Source: Bugula neritina | Taxonomy: Eukaryota; Animalia; Bryozoa | NCBI GenBank assembly: GCA_964035545.1 | Contig: OZ037765.1 | Location: 23,373,504 to 23,437,503 of the forward strand | Length of the DNA: 64,000 nucleotides | Direction of reading: 5' to 3' | Shown: one piece after another, positions 25,200-42,208 of the stretch | Numbering within the stretch: position 1 is the stretch's first letter | How the letters are laid out: the number at the start of each line of letters is the position of its first letter | Notes under the pieces: model-generated | Database searches by the model: none | What the model was told of the DNA's origin: nothing | The model's input: the letters and a program-made list of their open reading frames with translations, nothing else | Made by a program: the position numbers and the translations under genes

Positions 25200-28100
25200 C
25201 TATCTCTTAATCTCTGTATAACAATTATCACATACTCTGGAAGGTTTGGAGCTAGTGGGCAGCATAAGCTGTTTGCTTGAGCAATCATGGCAAAATATAT
25301 TTCCGCAATTTCTGCAGTGGTGCTACAAAATAATACGTTGATAAAATAAATCAATCTGCAGTCTAGTAAATTAACTAAAATTAAAGTATCTATTACTTAT
25401 ATAATTTGATCGAGTTAAAAACTAGTACTTGAATTTGATTCCGGCCCTAAATATTATGTACAATTCTTAAAGCAGATCCAATCTTTAAAAAATTAGCAGC
25501 TAAAACTGCACAATAGTATTCTGAATTTACACATAATTAACTGAAAAACATGAGCTATGAAAAAGCCATTCAAAATTAAACATCACCCATGAAATATTGC
25601 ATGCTATGTAGTAGTACCTTTCGAACTCGAACATTGAAACTTTTGGCGCAATTTGTACAATCTGAAACATCATCATCTTCAACCCATCGCCTACTTTGAG
25701 CCTTCGTTGTTTTAATCTAAAGGAAAATTTTATGACCAATCAAAATATAAGTAATAAGCCCCAAATCATGAATAGGATTTCATATATAAACACACATTTT
25801 ATTAGTAGAAGTTAACCTTAAAATTTAAGGATCAAAGCATAATACACTTGCTACAAGTGAAATAAAAAAGAAAAGATGTAAAAAAATCCAAAAAAGAATC
25901 ACCTGCAAAGACTGATTTTCCCTGCCAAGTTCATGTAGAGCTGAGTTTAGATTTTCTATCTGCAACCGTAACTCTTCTCTCTCGTCTCTTAGAGACTTTG
26001 TTTCAGTCTCACTGGATACACACCTTAATTACCCAAAAGTTAGATTCATGTTAGCAATTTGTACATTTGTATTCACTATAGATATGGCACAGGGGAGTGT
26101 CGCATTTTAAGCAAAATTAATGAAAATGCTTTCAGCTCAACTTTTAACATTATACAACAGATAATACTAAACAGAGAGAAAAATGATATATAATTATTTT
26201 TATTGAATAATAAAATATAATGAGAAACTGCTATACTCATTATGTTGGGTTTCTATTTATGAGGTAATTCAATAATGCCTTTTGTAAATAATTTATATTT
26301 TCTGCATAAGAAAATATAATACGTTGGCAGCATAAAAACATCATGTTAGGTAGCATCAGTAAGCCTTGAGTATTTCAATACTAAAAAGTGTCAGGTGGCA
26401 GAATAATTTTAAATTTATGTTTGAGACCCCAAGATTCACAGTTTCGAGACACTAGCTTTGCATAAATATACTAGATACTTGTACTTGAAATACATAGAGA
26501 TCACAGTTTACCTGTTCCACAGCATTGTCCTTTCATCATTACTTGATTCAAGTTTAGTTTCCAACTCTACAAAGTACCTTCCAGAGTAATGAAAATGTCA
26601 ACTCGATAATAATTGCACACTGCTGAATCCTATAACTAATACCAAAATTTGTTCAGCTAAAAAGCAAATTTTAAGAATTTAATATTTTAGACACTAATTC
26701 CATAACATAGCAGATTTGGCCTGTTAACATCATTCACTATCACTACAAAATAATTGTATTAGAAACCTAGATTAATTCCCCGAAGCTCATCATTGTGTTT
26801 CACCACATCCATAAGTTTCTCCTGTGTAGCAGTCAGATCAGCTTTGTTCAGAGACAGATTCTCACTAAGACTGACAAGCTGCATGTTGAATTTCGCCTCC
26901 AGTTCTTCCATCTTGGCTTTTTCAGCAGAAAGACTGGTTTCCATCGTAACCAAATTATCTTCAGCCTGTAACTCCGCTAACTCTTTCGCTTTAGTGGCTG
27001 CCGCTAATTCATTTTCCAACTAAAGCAACGTAAAAATCCCACACTAGAACACAATTTGTATACCCAATTTATATGCATTGAAAGTTGGTGGTACCACACT
27101 GTAAGCATGTAGTATGGCTGTGTAATCAAACCTTCAATTTCTCTGCCTCTAGTAACTCCAGCTTATTCTGGGATTCTAATCGGTGTGAAATCAACAACTG
27201 TTTTGTTTCCTCGGAAGTTGTTTTCTCCTACAATAAATATAAATAACCTTGAATGGTGTGCTTTCATGACAAAATCAACATGTGAAAAGGCTAAACCTAA
27301 AAAGTTTACCATACATTTACAAGAAAACTTATAGAGTTACAAAAACATTGCATAACAAACTCTGATACAAAACTTAATGTAAGAACATGTTCATGAGGAA
27401 AAAATCAAATAGATCTCCATTTTATTACAGAAGCAATGACCTACCTGAGTTAAGGCGATTTCCAAAGTATTCAAGTCATCTTGCAACAATCTATGTTTAG
27501 ATTGCCACTCATCAGTATGTTTTTGAGTTGTTTGAAGTTGCTCTTCCATCACAGTTACTTCTGCTTTTGCTTCAGTCTAATCAGAGAAAATCATTATCTA
27601 AATTTGACTAGTAGTTTTAACAGTCAGCTGCATTATTAAGTTCTGGCATTTCAAATTCTACTCTACTCATAAGTATGCAACTACTACTACTACTGCTGCT
27701 GCTACTGTTGCTGCTGCTACTGCTGCTGCTACTACTACTACTGCTGCTACTGCTGCTACTACTGCTGCTACTGCTGCTACTGCTGCTACTACTACTACTG
27801 CTGCTACTACTGCTGCTGCTGTTGCTGCTGTTACTAAAAGAAGTTCAAAATTTTGTAATTACAAGACATGTACAAGACATGGCCATGTTAATAGAGAGCA
27901 TATCAACCATGTGCTAAGCTAATATGAATTAACTAGAAGATTATTATTAAGGCAATGATTGTTTCTTATCACAATAATTAGTACTTTGGACAGAGAAATT
28001 ACAAACTATAGAGACAATGTCAGTAACTACAACAGCACTTAAATATGTCAAATCAAAACCAGGTAACAAAATACCCTGATTTACAGTTTGATAACAAGTA

Positions 28101-31100
28101 TATCAGCTCACCAGAGCTCTATTTAAAGCTTCATTCTCGTCACTGGTACGCTGCAAAATGTCCGTTGTTTCTTGAAGGACATGAGTATGGTCCTCAGTCT
28201 TTCTTGTCAAGTCTTCCTGAAGTGCGCTGACTTCCTGCCTACTCGCATCGAGTGTTGTCTGCACTTCGCCCAGTTGCTGATCTGCAGATGCCAAGCTTTC
28301 TGTGAGAGAAGCTTTCTCCTTGGTTAGATCAGCATTAGTATTGCCTAAGCTCTGTTAAATGAACCATAAAAATATATAAGATATAAGTACAAAAAAGTTA
28401 AACTCATGTCTCACTAATCACTAAATCTTAATTATCTGCTGTTATTATGGGTAGTTTATATTTAGAATTAAAAAAAACTATAGAAGTACATATAGTTCAA
28501 AAGGTGCAGTGTGGAGTGAACCCTTAGCGCGTTCTAAATCGAGCATTCCATTTTTAAGGTTGGTCTAGTAGCACAAAGTATAAGGGCACTACACAAAATA
28601 AATTTTAAAAAGTGAAATGATTCATCAAGAAATTCATCATAAGTCAACATACTAACTTTTAGTTCACTCTGGAGGTTTTCAATATCGGCCTTGAATTTGC
28701 TAATTTCGGTTTGCTTTGTCTAAAGAAATAAAATAAATACAACAATATAACATATAACACACATACACACACATGTATAATATATATAATATATATAGCG
28801 TCATAATATTATAGCCCTAGCAGTGTGTCATAGGCATACACAGTTACCTCCTCGGCCAACTTGGCAGCTGATTGCATCAAATCAATTTGTTCTAATAAAG
28901 AGCTCTGCAAGTTCTCGCTCTCTTTGACCTAAAGTAAAGAACACTGGGTTAATAAAGCCCAAATAATCTGGAAATAATGCTACCAACATATTAAAGTGAT
29001 ATTACTGACTTTACAGTCAAGTCAAGCACCTTAGCTTCCATTTGCTGTTGTAGTTGGAGGAGGGTTGCATCCCTCTCGGAAACAAGTTTTCTAGAATCTT
29101 CTAACTCTCTAAAAGTGCCATTGAGCTGTGAAAGCTGATTGTTGGATTGTCCCTGCAGTTTTTCTGTTTCTTTTCCCAACATCACCTTTTCTTCCTCTAA
29201 GTTTCTAGCCTACAATAATGCACATAATATATTATTATAAAGCAAGAAAACATGAGTAATAAATTACATACAACATGTACCTAATAACTTGAATGCTCAT
29301 ATAATAAAGCAGAGTTATCTGCTCGTACCTAGTTCACAAAACTTAACCATCTAACAAACTTACATGTAAACATATTGATAATCTTTTATAGTATTTGACA
29401 AATATATTTTTAAGATACTAAATACCAAGTAATTATCCTGGGTTTATCTTCTATAACACACACAACTAAATCAAGTAGCTATCAATTCAACATTTCAATT
29501 TTTTTCAATAGAACTCAAAAAAAGACTCTAACATTGATTGATTGTAAGAGCATCTTAGCGTGAGCATTGCATGCTACCTACCACTAACTGCAGATCATTG
29601 TTTTCAGACTGTAACTGTGTATTATCAGCCACAGACTTAGAAAGCTGCTCCTTTACTGCTAGCAGCTGCTCGTTCAGCACAGCAGAATCATCTTGCAGCT
29701 GGGCAAGTGCAGACAACTTCTCTTGTAGCAATTCTTCAGAAGCCTTGAGATCTGACTCTAAGCCATTACACCTCTCCAACCAGCTTGCCTTGCTTCGCCC
29801 GTGTTCCTCAGTCTAAAATTAACAAATATTTATAGTTGAATACTTTCATTACAAAAGTCTAACACAATTTCCAGGAAAATAATATTCAATGATATTAAAA
29901 CCATCAGTCAAGCTTACAGCTTTCAAACTAAAACGAAACTCAAAGCAGGGTGCAGATTAATAGTAACATCTTACAAATGTTGACCACAATTCAAGCGCTT
30001 ATTTTATACACAAATTGACATACAACCCAAACTTCTAAACCATAAACTGCTCAACACTTAATCCTGCCTACACAAACACATGCTAGATATCGAGCATATT
30101 TATTTCAGACTCTTGTTGAACGAATATTAAATTCAACTGCAATAACCTCAGAAAGCAGAGATTGTTGGACAGTCACAAGCTCTGCCGTCTTCAACTCAGC
30201 CATGGCAGACATTTTAGTAAGTTGTTCCTTTAGACTGGAGACCTCATCACTTTTATCTGACAACTCCTCACTCATCTTCTTGTTGGTTTCCATAAGTTTG
30301 GAAACTTCAGAGCCTTTTTCTTCTAACTAAACAACAGAATGTTAAAACATAATTTATATTGCTATAATTTACTGTATCAAACAATGAACAATAACTGTGC
30401 CTTTCACAGGCTCACAATATAACACGCAAAAATATTGTGAAACGTTTACTACAAAACACTGTCGAGTATTTCTATACTAACTTGAGAGGAAAGCTGAGTT
30501 TTAGATTCATTTAAAGCTTGCAAATCCTGTATGTGTTGGGAGAGTTGAGTTTGAAGAGATGACAACTCTTGAGCTTGGTCATCAGCTTTCATAGAGGATT
30601 GAGTTAGTTCTGCTTGTTTGGCAGCAATGTCAGCATGCAGGCTGCGAATTGTATCTTCTTTCAACAATAAACTGGAATGCAACTGACTAACTGCTTCTTT
30701 GTGCTCATCACTCTATAAAATATACACTTTGTAAAAAGATATGTGTTAAATATGACTAAACATTCACAGCATAGCATTAAATATGACTACTAGAGTATAA
30801 AGTATAATGAAACAAATATTTATACAAAATATTTTAACTTTATGCAGTCAAGAAAAAGTCATCTTTTTATTTCATTCATTTTAAAACACATATTGGGAGA
30901 GATATTACTTGCGCTTCAAAGTAAATCTATAGACCTAAAACCAAGGTACTGCATTATTGTAGGCCGCAGTTTACTTTACTTATTATACAATATTTACTGA
31001 CATTAAAAGTAGGATCCTTGGCAATATTGACTGAGTTAACATACATAAACTTTACTAGTCACTATATACTGCATGTACTGTAACTCATTGACTTTACTAT

Positions 31101-34100
31101 ACATGAAGAAACTCTCACCAGCGCTTCAGTCTGCTTCCTATGCTCTTCCTGGAGATCTGATATTCGCGTCTCTAGCTGTGATACATTCGCACACAGTTCT
31201 TGTTTCTCTGCTGTCAACTTGGCAGTAATTTGATTAGATTCCTTGTGCAGTGCTTCCACAGCTTTCAATTTCTGGTAATTTTCTTCTTTCTCAGATATTG
31301 CCTTTTCTTCAGCATGTTTCAATTTCTCTTGTATTCTAGCCTGAAGGTAGACCATAAACAATTACTGCAATGAACAACAGAGCAATTAGAAAAGGTAGAG
31401 CACAGCACAGCCTTGCTCTAGTGCAAAGTAATGCTATTTTTCCTCAATTAAAGATAGATATAAGTAAGTTTTAGCTAAAAGCAAAAGTAATTAACTAATT
31501 GCTTCGAAAATGATGGTCAAAATAAAGACCATATTGAAGATGCTACTTAATATATCCAGATAGTTTACAAATTTTCAACGAGAACAAAAAGGTTTTATAA
31601 ACTTACATTGTCTTCTTTAAGTTGAGTGACAATTACATTAGCTCCTTCGCCTGCATCAATCTTAAAAAAATATGAGCACAATACATTAATACAAACAACA
31701 TACATGTGAGAAATGTGGCACCATCAGGTGTAAAGAAAACATTGCAGCAACTAATTATAGCCCAGAGTAGAGCACAGTTATACTAGTTTTCACCTTTTAT
31801 GTTAGTTCTCAGGCTTATTCTATACTGGCTGTTTTAATTTGGCATTCTAAATTACCAAGTTCACAGCTAAAAAACTAGTACAGCGCATGTGCGTTTAACA
31901 GTATAAAATTATAATCCGTAGCAGCCTACTTTTTGCACAAAATTTTGATGAAGCTCGTCATATTTTTTGGTAGATTCAGTTAACTCAGTTTGAATAGCAC
32001 TTAGACGACTTTCTAAGGTCTGTGTTTTGTGCTGCAGCTGTTCATTCTCGCTTAGAATTCTGTCTAAGGAAGTTGTTTTCTCTTGTATGAGAGCTTCCAT
32101 GGATTGTACCTTTGACTCCATAGCATTCTTCATCTCATTATGCATAGCAGAGGCTCTAAAGGAATAAAATACCAGTCAAACATTTACATAGATTGAGTTA
32201 ACATTAACTGTAGAGTCAAACATTTAAAACGTATAACTACAACCAAAAAAGCAAGGTTTAAACAAGTTCAAACATTAGACATTTATTAAAGAGAAAATAT
32301 GAAACAATTCTGTAGATATGAGTTTCATCCATAAAACTATTCAACCTCGCTACAGTGTCATCTTTAGCATCTAGTGACTTCTTTAATTGTGAAATCTCGC
32401 TGTCATATTTGATTGAATTCTGTTTCAAGTCAATTATTTGTTGTTCAAGGCTTCGGCACAGTTCTTCTTTTCCAGACAACTTTGCTTGCATTTCATCTGC
32501 TCGGCCGGCACTTGATTTCTGCAATGATCATAAGCAAAAAATTCATAAACTCGATCAAAAATAAAAACATAGCACTGACAAGGTGTATAAACATAAACTC
32601 TGGAATTATAAAACTATTTGCTGAGAAGCAGAATTAAAAAATCACTACTGCAACCATTAAATTAAAGAAAAATATATTTGAAAATATAATGATTAAGCAA
32701 TGGTACAGTATAAAAACAAAAAAGGACCAATCAAATTGTAATACAATAAGAAAATAAAGAACATGAATCAACTGTGAAAAGTGGTAAGTATACCAATTGC
32801 TCAAAGGCCACTTCTGTTTTCCTCAATTGTCCAGATGTCTGCTTGAATTCATCTTGTAGAGTGCTATTTCTGGTCTTTTCTTGAGCTAACTGCTCAGCAA
32901 TAAGTTTATATTTTTCTTGTTCCTTAACAAAAAATAGAATTATTTGCAATATTATACTAAATAACCAACAATGAAGAGAAATATATTTTCTTACAAACAT
33001 TACTAGTTGTGATGTTTACAAAAACTTTCAATTCATTTGTCATAAAATTGTCACATATCTACTGCTTGAAAGAAAGTTAAATGATGAACTCCTTACCGCT
33101 GCTATAGTGTTGGCAAAAGTCTTCTGCTCTTGAATGCTCAATTTCAGACTTTCCTGTACTGCTTGTACAGAGTTTTCAGCAAGTTGTAGCTTTTCATGTG
33201 TCTCAGTGTTTTCGATCTGCAGTAACTGAATCTGTGTATTTAGCCGATTTACTTCGACAGTTTGATCAGGGGCAGGATCTGGTCTAGAACAATACGAATT
33301 ACGAGTTGGCTTCTAGCTTATATATCACAGAACTGCTAGATCGCAAAATATCTGTGATTTGGAATTTAAAACTATTTATAGAAGGATCATTATAAAAGAA
33401 ACAAAATACAGAGGATAGAAACAAAGTGCATTCATTTAAGATATTTTTGTGAAGCATTGGAATCAGATATTATTAAATCAAATGACCATGTCATGTTACT
33501 ACATACTGATTAAGAGCCATCTCTTGCATTTGTCTTTGCATATTCATCAGTTCGGAACTTACTAAAATAAAGAATAACAAATAACATCATAAACAATAAA
33601 TATAAAATCAAATAGTCTATGTTTTATCAATATTTATAATACTTATAAAAACAATAGCATGCAGTGAATAAATAGCATTTTATGACGTCTAAAGTAAGCT
33701 TCTGAAAGCATAAAAGTTTTCAGAAAATTTTTTATCTGCTGCTAAATGCCAAAAAGCTGTTATTATGACCAAGTATTTATAGGCAAACAATAGGAACTCT
33801 CTAGTAATGACATATAAAGACCAAAGTAAAAATAGCTCCAGTAAATAGAAAAATTCTATTGTTTTTGAACTACAGAATTAGAAATATTATATTATAATCA
33901 TGAATCGGCTGTTCTTATACATAAATTGTTTAAAAGCTCCAAGAAAAATCTTCTAGACATTACATCACAACAGCAAGAAAATTATCATAAGAATTCGAAT
34001 ATATTTCTTGTATGGAGAAACAGAAAAATTCCTTCAAGAAAAAAATAAGTTTTACTCAGTTTAGAAAATATGTTTAAATTGAGTCCAGTATGATATGGTG

Positions 34101-35649
34101 GTGCAGTCAACCAGGTGCTCAGTAGCTTCATGGGACAACTCTGTACACAATTCTTAAACAGCAGATAATAGAAAAGCCTTCAACTGTTTTTCAAGACAAA
34201 ATTTAAACATTTAGAATAAATAATGAAGGAAAGTAATTTGAAAAATACAAATAATAGAATCGACTGTAAATATTTTAAGACTCACGCAATGTCCGGCTTT
34301 CTTCTGAAGCTGTCAACTGCATTTTAAGCAACTCAAGTTCTCGGTCAGCAGTAGCCTACAGAGTACAGACGATACAAGTGTGAGCGCCCACTCTTGTTTA
34401 TTAATAGAAATGGCCTATCAACAGGTACTAAAAATACCTTTATACTGTGCCATAGTCAAAAAATATTCAAATAAACAATGTCATTAAAATTGCCAAATTA
34501 AGAGATAATATCTGACATCTATACAATATCCACCCCTGCTATTTTTACACGCAAGTTATTAAAAGCTAGATGATGTTACATAGAATAATGTGCAACCTAC
34601 CTGGGGAATAGGCTCTGCATGAGCAGTGGTAAAATGCTGCTGTAATAACTCAGCATCACTGAATGATTGCATGCATGTTGGACACAGGAAACCCTAGAAA
34701 GAAAAGTAGCATCATAAATAGCAAAGGGGCAGATAACTCTTATATCACTTATATCACTAGCTAACAATACACCAAATCTACTGTAGGCCTATATGTAATA
34801 TTTTCTACTCATTAGCTTATGAAAAACAATCATACATAAAAAAAACATGAATGATGGTCTCTGAATTTCTTATTGATATTCGTTATTTAACCACAAATGA
34901 CTTCCAAAATAAAAATAGTAGAAAAAAGCTAACCTCAGCATCAGACTGCTTGTCTATGCTAGTAGAGTTGTTAGAATCTTTTGAAGGGGAGTAGCCGTTG
35001 GTGGCAGAATTTGACGAAGAGCTAGTAGATCCCTAAACAAATATGCACAGCAATAACATCATAAAACGGAAATATCAACTAGCAAGACCAATATTCTACT
35101 TATTACAACACTATATTAAAATACAAAGGCAATAAAAGAGCATTTGGAAAATAAAAACTCAAACATTAGAAACAAATCATATTAATTGAACCATACGAAG
35201 CTGTCAACCCAACTTTTCTTACAACATGTTTCAGGGAAAAACGTCGAAAAAGGAGTTACGTTTTGGTTAAAATTGCCTTGGCAATGCACTTTTATATAAA
35301 ACTTAAAAGAATTTTTATCAAGTGCCTTTTAGCATTCTGAAATTTAGCTGTTACTGAATGAGAACATATAATTTTAGGTTGCAAAAATCAATAAAATTGA
35401 GTGACTCATATTCAAAATTATTCAGCTCTCACAATAAATAGAAAAATAATAAAAAGCATTTTATCATAATGTGTATTACCTGCAAATAAAGACAATTTTT
35501 AAACAAAGTTATCAGCCTTATATGTTTAATATCCTGGCCTTGTTGTTTTATATTGAGCACATACTGCCTAGTGTTATAGTGACACAAGTACTTACAGATT
35601 GGGAAGCTGATGATGAATCTCTGCCAAATATCTTTATTTTCTTGAACAT
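25200..35649 (-). CDS. EEA1: Early endosome antigen 1 (C2H2 zinc finger, long coiled coil, C-terminal FYVE), about 25 exons, not all boundaries resolved
   Basis: First coding exon 35649-35596 ([10 protein letters not shown]). C2H2 finger [25 protein letters not shown] near 34601-34693. Many coiled-coil exons at 25900-34360. [29 protein letters not shown] (25717-25618) / [16 protein letters not shown]...RVCDNCY (25322-25200). Confidence 0.92.
27681..27836. repeat. Compound (CTA/CTG)n trinucleotide microsatellite, about 52 units, in an EEA1 intron
   Basis: Direct reading. It produces the spurious poly-Leu ORF 27675..27917. Confidence 0.95.
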
Positions 35650-37309
35650 GATGACGACTTGACTAGTAAATCATGTGAGGATTACAGTGTCAGTCATCTG
35701 ATACTAACAGAATGTCGTGAATTGAGTTTTGTTTGCAGCTTTGAATTACTGAGCAGTCTTCGTCTACAAGTGATAAATCATAAATACTTAAGGTTATCAC
35801 AAAGTCTTGAGCCATAGTATTTTTTTTCTCTGCATGACTTGCAATATTTAGCCAGATGCCTGTGTAAATTATTATAACATTGTAAAATAAAGTTCTAATA
35901 AACAAATTGAATGAAATAAAAAAATTATTCACTTTACTATTCAGGTTACATATACTGATACTAGTGGAGACCGGTATCACTTATTGACAACAATGTTAAT
36001 GTAATCACATTAGCACACCATTCAAATATAAAAAACAATATTTAATATTAAATTAGTTGTAGCTTATTACATTTTTAGAGATCTGCTTATTTTCTAGCAA
36101 CCACTATGACTATTAATGCCAGTGTGTTAGTAAGTTAGTAACCGCAGCTACATATTTCAAATGCCAAATCTTAATCAGGTAAATCAAATGGCAACACTTA
36201 TACACTTGAGGCTTACAGTTACTGCTTTGGGAGTAAAGCTCAACGTTAAACTTGATGGAAAGTTAAAATCGTTATTACTGGAATCTAAATTGCCATTATT
36301 CAAACAGCAAACACAATTAAAATTACCAGCTGCATTTACTATAGTAGAATTAGTCAAATAGTTAATTACTTTGATATGAATATCATTATATTATTATTTA
36401 TAATTATATTAACCTGAAGTTTAACTTGAAGATTTAATCTTAACTCCTTCTATACCATTACTTTATACTTTGGTCTTGATCTTATAAGTTAAATTTAAAG
36501 TCACAGACTTTGATTTCAGCATTAGCATTTTCAACTTAAAATAAAATTTATGGTCACCTTGATCTTCAGTTTAAAAAAAATTCATAGTAAAATAGAAATT
36601 AAAATAAAAATGCTTCAGCATTCAAGCTTAAGTTTGAGAATTAGTATTGTAAATAGTATTACTGTTGCTATTAGCATTACATTTACTAATAGTAATACTA
36701 AGTCTAATAGTAATACTATTAGGACTAATCAGTATCACCAATAGTAATTACAGTAATTAGATTTACTTTTAGTTTTACTTTTAAAGTAATTTATTAGACT
36801 TACTGTTACTGTTAGTGGTACTGTTAGTCATTACTCATTAGTCATTACAGATTTACTCATTAATAATTTAAATTAGTTATTACTCAGTCACATTTACACT
36901 ATGATTAGTGATTACTGCTTGGTGATCATATTCATTGACATTAGTGATTGGTCATGAGTTCATTTAAAAACGATAATTATCATTATAATTAAAATTGTAT
37001 CAAAATATCAAATTCAATCACAACGTTTTGAATGCCGATGGTGATACTGATAGTGATAATGATTCACTGATACTCATACTCATAGTCAGCTTTGCATAGA
37101 TGTGTCATAAGAATGATAGTGATAGTCATACTGATACGGATAGTCATAGTGATAAACACCAAATTTCTATACCAAGGAGAGGTCCAAAATATAAATTTAA
37201 ATCCTCCAAAGCTCACGTCAAGTTAGATATCATTACTAATATGATTATTATGATACTCATCTGTTTTATTTTTGTTTCAGTATAAAAACTAAAAGTAAAA
37301 CGTAAACTG

Positions 37310-37611
37310 AAATTCAGAAGCAGAGACGCACTCCCATTTACTACTTCCTGTAGAATAGCGAGTACATTTTATGACCTATTATTAGCTGAAAACATAGCAC
37401 AACAGGCTTAGACGCCGGACAGAATTCTTAGCTTAAAATGTACGTTAGTAAGACAATAATTATAGCACTATTGCAAGTTTTAGATATTCCAAATGTAAAC
37501 TGTTGTATTTTACTTTTAGTTCCATAAGACTTTGAGCCGGCATTGTCACTTACTTTGCTTTTTACTTTTTAGCTACCAAAGAGACTTCGTTCTTCAACTA
37601 TTACACCAGTC
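37310..37611. promoter_or_regulatory. Probable bidirectional promoter, EEA1 / DLD
   Basis: A CpG-containing interval flanked on both sides by the periodic promoter-proximal tract. ETS-like ACTTCCTG near 37343 and AAATGTAAACTGT at 37491-37503. Confidence 0.55.
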
Positions 37612-41785
<4,174 letters not shown>

Positions 41786-42208
41786 ATAAGAGAACTTATG
41801 AGTTGAAAGAAACGAGACCTTCTTCTTCTATCTGAAGCTTTGTTGGAGATGGTGCATAATATATAAGATGGTTTATGGCACAAGATCTGTATAGGAGATT
41901 TGAGTTTACAGACTTTGTATTTTTGTGTATTTATTAATGCTGCTGCAACTATCTAGTTGTTCAGCGTAGCAATAATATTTTCTGTTGTTTAAGGTGCATT
42001 CTATAGATCTGCACACTACTATTATTGCACTGTTTCAAAAGATGGGTCTCTTGACTTGTCATATCTTTTTTCGCTATGTGTCGTATTTTTGTGAAACCTA
42101 ATATAATGTACTAAATAAAACTCATAAGTTCTGTTTGCCATGGTGAAAGATATATATTATTTACAAAGAATTCCGTACAAAATTAACTCATCCTAAATAA
42201 GTTTAACA

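Noticed and set aside
27675-27917. 80-aa poly-Leu ORF
   Set aside because: It is the translation of an intronic microsatellite antisense to EEA1.
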